Origin: Cyanobacteria bacterium auto_48_18
Lineage (GTDB): Bacteria; Cyanobacteriota; Vampirovibrionia; Obscuribacterales; Obscuribacteraceae
NCBI GenBank assembly: GCA_036170915.1
Contig: JAVHQC010000006.1
Coordinates: 192,001-256,000, forward strand
Direction: 5' to 3'
DNA: 64,000 bases
This document shows positions 50,451 to 58,934 of the stretch, one piece after another. The notes beneath the pieces are model-generated. The model ran no database searches and was not told the DNA's origin. It was given only the letters and a program-made list of their open reading frames with translations. The translations under genes and the position numbers were made by a program. Position 1 is the stretch's first letter, and the number at the start of each line of letters is the position of its first letter.

Positions 50451-51503
50451 TTAAAAACCAAGTCTCACATGCATAGGTGAAGCATAGGCAAGAATATCGG
50501 CGCGACTTATTGGCGGATGCACCAAGCAAGCTTGCATTACTGCATTTTTGCCCCAGCGAAGTTTGTCAAAGGCGCACCAAATTTGCGCTAGAAAGAGCTG
50601 CAAGTATTTGCGGCTAACTCCGCGGTGGATAATGCGAATGTAATATACAAGCTGGGCGATTATTGCCGCTGGTGCCTGATTGCTTGGAATTCGCTGTTCG
50701 GGTTGTTCCGTTTTTCGCGCATAGTATCCGTATGCAAACACGGTGACAAGGTTTTCAATTTCGAGCAAACCTAGCGCACCCATTATTTGTCCTACTGAAA
50801 ATTTGCCTTTGGCTATCATTGTGTCTAATGACACTGGTTGGTCGCTAAGCCAGCTGTAAACCTCGGCCTCAACATCGGTAAAGTCTTTCATTCTCTGTGC
50901 GTCTGTGGGATTGTTTTCAGAAGTTTTCTGTTCACTACTATTTTCCTCACTAACATTTTGTTCGCTACTATTTTCGCTTTCAGTTTGTGCTCCACTTTCT
51001 GAAGGGCAGTCGAAGGAGGGATGTGTGAATTTCGTACTCTCTAGACTGCGTCGAAAAACTATATCTATAAACACCTTATACGGTGCCTGCATTGATTCTG
51101 GCGGCAAGTGGGAAGCGATCACCATTTTTACTTTATGTAGGATTTCCCACGCAGTAGAGTATGCAATTCGCAGTAATTTCGCGAAGTGAGCAGGAGTGAT
51201 AACTGCGTCGTTTTGCTGAAACCAGATAGCAGCTAGATAAGCACGCAATAGCTTGGCTTTTTTGAAAAACATGTTGCTTGTGAACCAAATTTCTTCTCTA
51301 CACTCAAGGCATTTGCAGCTGCGTGCACCACTCTCGCGATCAAATTCAGTTGATCCGCAAGAACAAACCAACAGGTTGGCTTCTGTTAGCTCTTTATAGA
51401 TTAGGTCGGCTGCGTGTTCGTCTGACTTTATGCGCCTTCTCAGTGAGCGCCAAAGTTTCGCAATTTTTGTATCAGCCTTCTTCTTTTGCTTGCGATTATT
51501 CAT
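50451..51503 (-). CDS. IS1595-transposase-derived protein lacking a recognisable DDE core, with an internal DprA-like winged helix
   Basis: N-terminal CSCGS...CLEC, LLRIAYSTAWEILHKVK, C-terminal HRGVSRKYLQLFLAQ; internal EAEVYSWLSDQPVSLD...LGLLEIENLV. Confidence 0.6.
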   Translation of the reverse strand: MNNRKQKKKADTKIAKLWRSLRRRIKSDEHAADLIYKELTEANLLVCSCGSTEFDRESGARSCKCLECREEIWFTSNMFFKKAKLLRAYLAAIWFQQNDAVITPAHFAKLLRIAYSTAWEILHKVKMVIASHLPPESMQAPYKVFIDIVFRRSLESTKFTHPSFDCPSESGAQTESENSSEQNVSEENSSEQKTSENNPTDAQRMKDFTDVEAEVYSWLSDQPVSLDTMIAKGKFSVGQIMGALGLLEIENLVTVFAYGYYARKTEQPEQRIPSNQAPAAIIAQLVYYIRIIHRGVSRKYLQLFLAQIWCAFDKLRWGKNAVMQACLVHPPISRADILAYASPMHVRLGF

Positions 51504-51803
51504 AAGCGTTCATTCCCCCGCTTATGTGTTAACGTCAAAAGTTGGAAAATGGTTCAATCGTTTTGACGTTTTTGAGATAAATTGTTTGGCTTTTGTTAGA
51601 AAAAAAAGTTAGAGCGATATCGTTCAAGAAAAGAATCTGTTGTACGCAGGTGATGTCCCAGCCCCGTAAACACACTATCAGCAAGGGTTAAGCGGCGTAA
51701 GAACCTGGTTTGGACAAATTCGTGCGGGAAAATTCAGTTCAAATCAGTTCATCTGATGGCCAGGGCGCTACAATGATCGCGCTTCTAGAAAAATGGTGGG
51801 TAA

Positions 51804-53105
51804 GTGAAATCACAACAGCCGGCAATTTTCATTCCAACTTTGTATTTTGCTTCGGGCCTGCCTTACACACTTGTTGTTCTCGTCTCGGTTATTTTCTACA
51901 AGAATTTAGGTGAGTCGAACGATTTTGTCGGGAAGGTGACAAGCTACTTTTATTTGGCTTGGGTAGCTAAATTTTTGTGGGCTCCCCTTGTTGATCTTGT
52001 GGGCCACAAAAGAATCTGGATTGTTTGCACGCAAATAGTGCTGGCACTGACTTCGATCGCGCTTGCTCTGAGTCTGGGCGGATCAAATGTGGCAGTACTT
52101 AGTATCTTAGTTTTTTCAATTATGGCAGTGGTATCAGCGACTCAAGACGTATCTTGCGATGGTTATTACCTTGAAGTCTTGAACAAGAAGCAACAGTCGT
52201 ATTTTGTTGGAGTGCGAAATACCTTCTATAAAACTGCTCTTCTCTTTGGCCAGGGCGGACTTGTAGTATTGGCCGGGTGGCTCGCGCACAATCCATCATT
52301 TGGTATAAAAGGTGGATGGGCAGTTGTCTTTGTGCTTTGCGCTGCAATCTTTGCTTTGCTTGCGGCGTTCCATTTTTTCATTTTGCCAAAGGCGCAGATT
52401 AGCGAATTTGGCATCGATTCGGTTGAGCCCACGGTAGTAGAGAACTCATCGGAAGAGCACGCATCAGAAGAGAAAGCTAAGCTTGATTTAAATCAGTTTC
52501 TTACTGTCTTCCGCACGTTCTTTTCACAAAAGGCGATCGCACCGATCGTGCTCTATATTCTAATTTTCAGGCTGGGCGATGCATTCATGCTCAAAATGTC
52601 TGCACCTTTTTTACTTGACGCGCCGAAAGTAGGTGGTCTTGGCATTTCTACCGAGACTGTCGGACTTATATATGGAGGAGTCGGCGTTGGTTTTCTTTTA
52701 CTGGGTGGCCTCGTTGGTGGTTTTGTTGTCAGCAAGTTCGGACTAAAGAAATCGCTGATGCCGACAGCAATTTTTCAGAACGTGGCCATTTTGCTCTACT
52801 ACTACATGGCCGTTTCTGCACCTAATGTTTTGTTGGTTTCTGTCTGTAACGCAATTGAACAATTTGCTTACGGATTAGGCACCGCAGCCTACACAGTGTT
52901 TTTGCTTCGAACTGTTAATCCGAAATATAAGTCAGGTCACTATGCAATCGCTACTGCCTTAATGGCGGCAGGCGTGATGATACCTGGCTACTACAGCGGC
53001 ACATTACAAGGTCAGCTGGGATATGCTCATTTCTTTTTGCTCAGCTTTGTAGTATCCATCCCTGGTATGATCACGATTCTTTTGTTGCCGCTTGAAGATA
53101 AATAA
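51804..53105 (+). CDS. MFS transporter, AmpG-like
   Basis: LYFASGLP, KFLWAPLVD, SATQDVSCDG; about 12 TM helices. Confidence 0.85.
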   Translation: MKSQQPAIFIPTLYFASGLPYTLVVLVSVIFYKNLGESNDFVGKVTSYFYLAWVAKFLWAPLVDLVGHKRIWIVCTQIVLALTSIALALSLGGSNVAVLSILVFSIMAVVSATQDVSCDGYYLEVLNKKQQSYFVGVRNTFYKTALLFGQGGLVVLAGWLAHNPSFGIKGGWAVVFVLCAAIFALLAAFHFFILPKAQISEFGIDSVEPTVVENSSEEHASEEKAKLDLNQFLTVFRTFFSQKAIAPIVLYILIFRLGDAFMLKMSAPFLLDAPKVGGLGISTETVGLIYGGVGVGFLLLGGLVGGFVVSKFGLKKSLMPTAIFQNVAILLYYYMAVSAPNVLLVSVCNAIEQFAYGLGTAAYTVFLLRTVNPKYKSGHYAIATALMAAGVMIPGYYSGTLQGQLGYAHFFLLSFVVSIPGMITILLLPLEDK

Positions 53106-53110
53106 CGAAC

Positions 53111-54085
53111 ATGCAATATCGCAGAATTGGGAAATGGGGAGCAAAAGTCAGCGAAATTTCGCTCGGTAGCTGGCTTACTCATGGTGGCTCAGTTGATGAG
53201 AAGAACTCCATTAAGCAGGTGCAACACGCTTTTGAGCAAGGCGTAAATTTCTTTGATAATGCTAATGTCTATGCAGCCGGCGCGTCTGAAGTTGTTGTGG
53301 GAAAAGCGATTAAGACCATTAAGCGCGACGCCATTTTCCTTGCTACTAAAGTATTTTTCCCCATGGGTGATGGTCCAAATGACAAAGGTCTATCACGTAA
53401 ACACGTTTTTGAGCAGTGTCATGCCAGCTTGAAAAGACTGGGCACTGACTATATAGATCTCTATCAATGCCACCGTTTTGATCCTGAAGTTCCAATGGAA
53501 GAACTAGTTAGAACCATGGACGATCTCACTCGCCAGGGCAAAATTCTTTACTGGGGCGTTAGTGAATGGAGCGGGTCACAAATCGAAGATGCGCACCGAG
53601 TTGCCAAAGAATTGAACGCTGTGCCACCTATCTCTAACCAACCTTGCTACAACATGTTGACGCGCAATATCGAGTCATCGGTTATCCCTGCCAGTGAACG
53701 CACAGGTGTGGGGCAAGTTGTCTTTTCTCCGCTCGCACAGGGTGTGCTGACTGGAAAATACTTGCCGGAAAAACCATTACCTGCTGATTCGCGAGCGGCA
53801 GACAGTAAAGTCAACGTGTTCATGATGGGCCGAAATTTGATGGCTAATGAAACTTTAGAGAAAGTGCAACGATTGGGAGTTCTTGCTTCCGAATCAGGAT
53901 TGACGATGTCTCAGTTTGCTTTGGCCTGGTGTCTTCGTCATCCGAATGTCGCCAGCGTAATTATTGGTGCCACAAAAGTTTCTCAGATTGACGAAAACAT
54001 TAAAGCAGCCGGCATTAAACTAAGCGCCGATACCCTAGAGAAAGTTGAACATATTCTTGGTGCTAACGTTCCAGCACGCGCTTAG
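53111..54085 (+). CDS. Aldo/keto reductase (Kv-beta/Tas-like)
   Basis: SLGSW, FDNANVY, GLSRKH, YIDLYQCHRFD, YWGVSEW, FSPLAQG. Confidence 0.92.
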   Translation: MQYRRIGKWGAKVSEISLGSWLTHGGSVDEKNSIKQVQHAFEQGVNFFDNANVYAAGASEVVVGKAIKTIKRDAIFLATKVFFPMGDGPNDKGLSRKHVFEQCHASLKRLGTDYIDLYQCHRFDPEVPMEELVRTMDDLTRQGKILYWGVSEWSGSQIEDAHRVAKELNAVPPISNQPCYNMLTRNIESSVIPASERTGVGQVVFSPLAQGVLTGKYLPEKPLPADSRAADSKVNVFMMGRNLMANETLEKVQRLGVLASESGLTMSQFALAWCLRHPNVASVIIGATKVSQIDENIKAAGIKLSADTLEKVEHILGANVPARA

Positions 54086-54196
54086 GCTTTCCGTTTATTA
54101 CACTGGTCCACTTATTGACACTCGCGTGGTTCTTGACCATTCGTGAGTTAATTTGGTGAGCACTGGGCACATTGCTGGTGTTACAGGTGGGGATTT

Positions 54197-55687
54197 ATGA
54201 ATAAATTGGCTCGGCGCACTGCGGCATTGTCACTAAGCTTGTTTCTATTAACTCCGGTAGTTTCCTTTGCGCTGCCTGTTATGGCTGCCGATGGAGAGCA
54301 AAATATAACTCCGAATTTAAACCAGAATCAGACGGGTCTACCAGCAGAGGTTACAGGTGTGGAACCCGCGGCGGGCGGTAGCACCAGCGCGAGTTCTTCA
54401 ACTAATGTAACTCCAGCCACAACTCCTGCCACGACTACGGTCAATCCACCTAGCGGAGGCATGGCAACGACAAACTCTGGGGGAACGTCTTCCGGGGCGG
54501 CGGCTACATCAGGCGCAGGGACTACATCGACAACATCCAATTCATCGACAACATCATCGACAACTTCATCAACAAGTGACTCTGCTTATAGCGATCCAGT
54601 CCTGGTCAATCCTGTGATTAAGGGAACGGCAAAAACCACCAGCGTAACCACCGCCGCTAGTAGTGCAAGTAGAGTAGTGGCACCGGCAAAAATTCAAGCT
54701 CAAGCCACTACTACAAAGTTGTACGGAAGAATCGAGCAAATCACATCTACAAATGGTGCGAGTTTTCCTGTGATTCTTAAGGCAATGACCCCGCAGCTTG
54801 ATCTTTCACTGCAGAAAAACAAATCTATGCAATCTGGTGCCAGCCAAACAGCTCTGTTTTCTGGCACTCTGGCCAAGAGTTTTCCGCAAGATTATCGCGG
54901 CAACTGGGGTGGAGATTTAACGGTATGGAGAGTAGAGCAAGACCCAATTTGCTACAAAATTGATCCTGAGGAGTCTTCTAAAGTTCTGAAGATTTTCAAG
55001 AATGGTGCCAAGGGTTCTACTAACTTTATGTTTGCTCAGGATGTTAAAGGGGGTATCGTCCTTGCCCCCGCAAAGGTCATGTTCCAGGTGCCTGGCGGTG
55101 AAATCGGCGCTGATCAACAAATGGCTCAAATGATGGGCGGACAAAGTTTTGCGAATATGGGTCCTATGGGCGCAATGATGCAGCAAATGGCTAAAAGTAT
55201 GCCGGTTCCTGTAATTTTTTCTTTTGGCGACATCCAATCAAGTCAGTATGCCAAGGGCCTTTCCGGCAACGAGTTTGTGCAACGCACATTGAAGAACCAG
55301 GTTCGGGAATTGGCTCCCAATGTGCTTGAACAGCAAATCGTCGCTGAGTGCAACGAGATTATGCGCTCCACTGGGCAACCGCGCAAACGTTACGAAGAGT
55401 CAGTTTTGCGTTTCACTAAAGTCAACTCGCAACAAATGTATGTTCAGGCGGCGCAAGTTGTATTTGGTGGCGATCGCAAGTTTCAGCAAAAAATCGTCAT
55501 GTATGGCTACGTCACTAAGGGACAGGTGGCGAACACCAATCCTTACTCTGGTATGATGCAAATGATGCAACCAGGCCAATCTGGAGCAGGGCAGGGCTTC
55601 CCTGGCCTTTCCCCGGGACAGAATCCCTTTGGTGGTGGCGGACAATCTCCAGGTTTCAATCCCTTCCAGGGTTTGTTTGGGCAATAG
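54197..55687 (+). CDS. Secreted hypothetical protein with S/T-rich linker and G/Q/P/F-rich tail
   Basis: Sec-type signal peptide; low-complexity Thr/Ser tract; C-terminal GQNPFGGGGQSPGFNPFQGLFGQ. Confidence 0.65.
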   Translation: MNKLARRTAALSLSLFLLTPVVSFALPVMAADGEQNITPNLNQNQTGLPAEVTGVEPAAGGSTSASSSTNVTPATTPATTTVNPPSGGMATTNSGGTSSGAAATSGAGTTSTTSNSSTTSSTTSSTSDSAYSDPVLVNPVIKGTAKTTSVTTAASSASRVVAPAKIQAQATTTKLYGRIEQITSTNGASFPVILKAMTPQLDLSLQKNKSMQSGASQTALFSGTLAKSFPQDYRGNWGGDLTVWRVEQDPICYKIDPEESSKVLKIFKNGAKGSTNFMFAQDVKGGIVLAPAKVMFQVPGGEIGADQQMAQMMGGQSFANMGPMGAMMQQMAKSMPVPVIFSFGDIQSSQYAKGLSGNEFVQRTLKNQVRELAPNVLEQQIVAECNEIMRSTGQPRKRYEESVLRFTKVNSQQMYVQAAQVVFGGDRKFQQKIVMYGYVTKGQVANTNPYSGMMQMMQPGQSGAGQGFPGLSPGQNPFGGGGQSPGFNPFQGLFGQ

Positions 55688-55694
55688 CACTTAA

Positions 55695-56297
55695 TTGGAT
55701 TATGGCGAAATGAATACTCCTTCTTCTGGCGATTTGGATTCCCTTGCGGACTTCGTCACCAATATGATCATTCAACATGACTATCCTGGCTTTGAGCCTC
55801 GGTCATTTCGTATTGGCTTGACTGAGCAATTATTAAAATCCAACAGCCGACTGTTTGCGGACGCCCTAGTGCATGAGAACGTCTACGTGCGGTTGGTGGC
55901 CTTACGTTGGTTTCAAGAAAAGCCTGGCGCCATTAAACCCTATATCAACTCAATACTGGCATTACTAGGTAACAGTGATGAGTGGGTTCGCATGGAAGCG
56001 ACCATCACTCTCGAGCGGTATCAACATCCGGGTCCGGCAATAGCCACAGCAGTTTCTGAATTGTTGGAGGACCAATATCCTTTTGTGCGCAGAGAAGCTG
56101 CTAAAGCATTAGGAAAGATGCTTGCGAAATTCAAAGAAAATAGCAATTCTAAAGATTCTGCCAAGAACGCAGCGCGCGATCAGCAGCTGGAGCCAATTGT
56201 AGAGAGCTTGAAAAATGCCTTACGTGACGATCAAGATGCACAGGTGCGGCAAAAAGCGGAGAAAGCTTTACGAAAATCTGGTGCGTACGCCGGCTAG
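55695..56297 (+). CDS. HEAT-repeat protein
   Basis: Repeated VR..A...L units (YVRLVAL, WVRMEAT, FVRREAAKALG, QVRQKAEKAL). Confidence 0.75.
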   Translation: MDYGEMNTPSSGDLDSLADFVTNMIIQHDYPGFEPRSFRIGLTEQLLKSNSRLFADALVHENVYVRLVALRWFQEKPGAIKPYINSILALLGNSDEWVRMEATITLERYQHPGPAIATAVSELLEDQYPFVRREAAKALGKMLAKFKENSNSKDSAKNAARDQQLEPIVESLKNALRDDQDAQVRQKAEKALRKSGAYAG

Positions 56298-56381
56298 GTG
56301 GTCAGCGCATTAACGGATTTTTCGCGTTTTGCAGAGGTGCAATGCTTGTGAGAGTTGACTCTTGAGGTTTGAATTGTCGGC

Positions 56382-56876
56382 TTAAACGATATCGGTTTGA
56401 ATACTCTTGCCAATGCTCTCCAGCAAATCCTGAGAGCGGTCTAGAAAATCGCACTCATTTGTCAGTTTGTTATAAAAGCCATACTCATAGTATTGCTCGA
56501 GAAAATTCAAGTCATAACGAAGAATTTTAATCAGGTCGTCGATTATTAACTCAGAGGCCGTTAGGAGCTCGTCCAAGGCGGTCGCATGAGAAAGTAGAAC
56601 CGTTGCACGCTCCACTATCATTTGAGTCTTTTGCTCATGCCTGGTTGAACTGTCTCCATAAGCCTCAGCTAGAAGCTCATGAAAGCAGGCACCACATCTA
56701 ACCAAATTGGCAGCTAACTTATGAAAATATATGCGAATCATTTTCTCTTCTAAAGTGACTCGCTTCTCAGTTAGTCGAGAAATTGCTTCGTTTATCTTGA
56801 GCACGACATTTAAGTTGTGGTCCAAGACGGTGAGGATGCCTTTAACTTGTTCTTCTTCGTCAAGATTGTGGAGCAT
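56382..56876 (-). CDS. Hypothetical helical protein
   Basis: 164-aa ATG ORF filling the gap; no motif recognised. Confidence 0.55.
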   Translation of the reverse strand: MLHNLDEEEQVKGILTVLDHNLNVVLKINEAISRLTEKRVTLEEKMIRIYFHKLAANLVRCGACFHELLAEAYGDSSTRHEQKTQMIVERATVLLSHATALDELLTASELIIDDLIKILRYDLNFLEQYYEYGFYNKLTNECDFLDRSQDLLESIGKSIQTDIV

Positions 56877-56937
56877 AGATTTCTGTCATTTGTGCAGCCC
56901 TGGTCGTTAATGCTTATTAGTGTAACCGCTCGACTGC

Positions 56938-56970
56938 AAAAAGAAACCGCCCCTGCGAAGCAGGAGCGGC
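56938..56970 (-). terminator. Intrinsic terminator downstream of the RHH gene
   Basis: Minus strand CCGCTCCTGC-TTC-GCAGGGGCGG followed by TTTCTTTTT. Confidence 0.75.
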
Positions 56971-56995
56971 CTTATATTTAGCTATGTGCCTGATC

Positions 56996-57232
56996 TTATG
57001 TAGAAGAAGATGAGGGAGTAGTGGCGGCGCCGATTGTGGAGTAGCTATTTTCGGAAACTTCCAACGTACTTACAGAGAGGTGAGCCCCACCTTGTTGCCT
57101 TCTGAAATTATCGAGATACCGGCGAAGAGCTTCTCTAATCAGGTCGCTTCTGGTGCGATGCTCGCACTGAGCGATGAAGTCGACTTGCTCTAGCATGGCA
57201 GGAGGCAGTGCAATCAGGACCTTTTTGGGCAT
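56996..57232 (-). CDS. Ribbon-helix-helix (CopG/NikR-type) DNA-binding protein
   Basis: MPKKVLIALPPAMLEQVD...RTRSDLIREALRRYL; GAGG RBS before ATG 57232. Confidence 0.85.
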   Translation of the reverse strand: MPKKVLIALPPAMLEQVDFIAQCEHRTRSDLIREALRRYLDNFRRQQGGAHLSVSTLEVSENSYSTIGAATTPSSSST

Positions 57233-58142
57233 ATACGATTCCTCAGGTGACAAGGGGGTGCAATTTGGGGCGCGAAGGTACATCTCAAGGAAACTACACT
57301 CTGGCGCAGAATCTACTTGAGAAGAATTCGTTCCTACAGTCCAATCCGTTTTTTGTCTACGGTCTTAACAATAGGTAACTGCTTTTGGGTGGCTTACTCT
57401 TATTTATCAACCACCTTCAACATGTATTCAATTTACACATGAAAGTCGATATCGTAAAGGTCTAAAAGGGGCATAAATACCCAATTTCGAAGAAGTTGAG
57501 ATAAAAGGATTTTACGAAAGGCGCAATCGCAAGCACGGTAACGATCTAAGCGCATTTGTTTAGGAACGGTATAGATACTAGGGATCTAGAGGACATATAC
57601 ACCTATTGCATTGCGAAAAATATGTGCTAGGCGGCAAGCGTAATTTGGTCGATCTACTGCAAGACTGGCTTTTCATCAGTGTTTTGAAAAAGAGATCAGC
57701 CGACTCATCTTGGTTGTTTTGGAAGGGCTTAGTGTCTTGCATGTTGCAGATATTCGCATTATGTCTGCAAGGCAAGCTAGATGGCATCCAGCTATGATTA
57801 GATGGTATCGCTAGTGATACCACTAATGTATATCCATGCCCGGGGAAGCTGAACTGTCTATTCGTTTGCCGTTTGAATCAAGTGATGATGCGCTTTTCGC
57901 GGTCTATAGACCGTCTGTCGAGTACTGCTTGCTGGGTTATCTACAGCTTTTGAACTGATCGCATATATTTCTGGTGGATAAAAAAGTCAAGTTTCGCAGA
58001 GCCCAATAAATACAAAGAGCAACGTTGCTTAAAAGCCGCATACTGATTAGCGAATTGCTGCCATTTGAGTTGAATATAGGCTATATTTTTTTCGTCGAGC
58101 GCACGCTGTTTCGACAAATTTTAGATTCATTTAGGGAGAGCC

Positions 58143-58928
58143 ATGCTCATTGCAAGTTGGAATGTCAATTCCATAACGGTTAGATTGCCGCATGTTCTAG
58201 ATTGGCTAAAAACTTCGTCGCCAGATCATCTATGTTTGCAAGAGCTTAAAAGTGTTGAAGAGAAGTTTCCTTTTGATCAATTTGCTGAATTAGGCTACAG
58301 CGCTCACGTTTCTGGAGAGAAAACTTACAACGGAGTGGCCATTCTTTCGCGCACAAGCACCGAGTGTACCAGCAAGCTTCTACCAGGGGCACCAGAGCCT
58401 TTGCAGAGCCGTCTAATTGAAATTCGCCAAGATGACCTCAAAATTCTCAATCTATATGTACCAAATGGTTCAGAGGTCGGTTCAACAAAGTATCAATATA
58501 AGCTGGCATGGTTCAAGGCTTTGATCTCTTATATAGAAGAGCGGCACATGCAAAATGGAGTGCTTTCAGACAAGCTTGTAATCTGCGGCGATTTTAATAT
58601 TGCACCTGAAGATCGCGATGTCCACGATCCGGCGGAATGGGCCGGACAAATTTTGTGCAGTGATAGCGAACGTGAGTGTTTCCGCCAGTTGATTGCACTC
58701 GGCATGATTGATAGCTTCAGAAAATTCGAACAAGGGGAAGGCCACTTCTCCTGGTGGGACTATCGCATGCTCGCATTTAGACGCAAGCGCGGCCTGCGCA
58801 TTGATCACATACTGGTCTCAAAACCACTTGAGAGCGCCCTTAAAAGAGCGTGGATCGATATTGCTCCACGAAAGCTCGATAAGCCTTCAGACCACGCACC
58901 AGTGCTGGTCGAAATTGCAAATCAATAA
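58143..58928 (+). CDS. xth: Exodeoxyribonuclease III
   Basis: SWNVNS, LQELK, YNGVA, YVPNG, GDFNIA, FSWWDYR, RIDHIL, SDHAP. Confidence 0.95.
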   Translation: MLIASWNVNSITVRLPHVLDWLKTSSPDHLCLQELKSVEEKFPFDQFAELGYSAHVSGEKTYNGVAILSRTSTECTSKLLPGAPEPLQSRLIEIRQDDLKILNLYVPNGSEVGSTKYQYKLAWFKALISYIEERHMQNGVLSDKLVICGDFNIAPEDRDVHDPAEWAGQILCSDSERECFRQLIALGMIDSFRKFEQGEGHFSWWDYRMLAFRRKRGLRIDHILVSKPLESALKRAWIDIAPRKLDKPSDHAPVLVEIANQ

Positions 58929-58934
58929 AAGGCG

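Noticed and set aside
50451..51503. Active IS1595 insertion sequence
   Set aside because: No catalytic DDE motifs, terminal inverted repeats or target-site duplication were recognised.
56382..57232. Type II toxin-antitoxin pair (RHH plus downstream ORF)
   Set aside because: A strong terminator and a 119-nt gap separate the genes, and the downstream protein has no PIN, RelE, MazF or similar motif.
57578..57823. Small ORFs (57578-57823 minus, 57606-57797 plus) as genes
   Set aside because: No RBS, non-ATG starts and atypical composition; the region is better explained by nucleotide-level structure.
57400..57985. Replication origin in the large intergenic region
   Set aside because: Only two one-mismatch DnaA-box-like 9-mers (TTATCTACA near 57937, GGTGGATAA near 57973), no clear AT-rich unwinding element and no dnaA/dnaN nearby.
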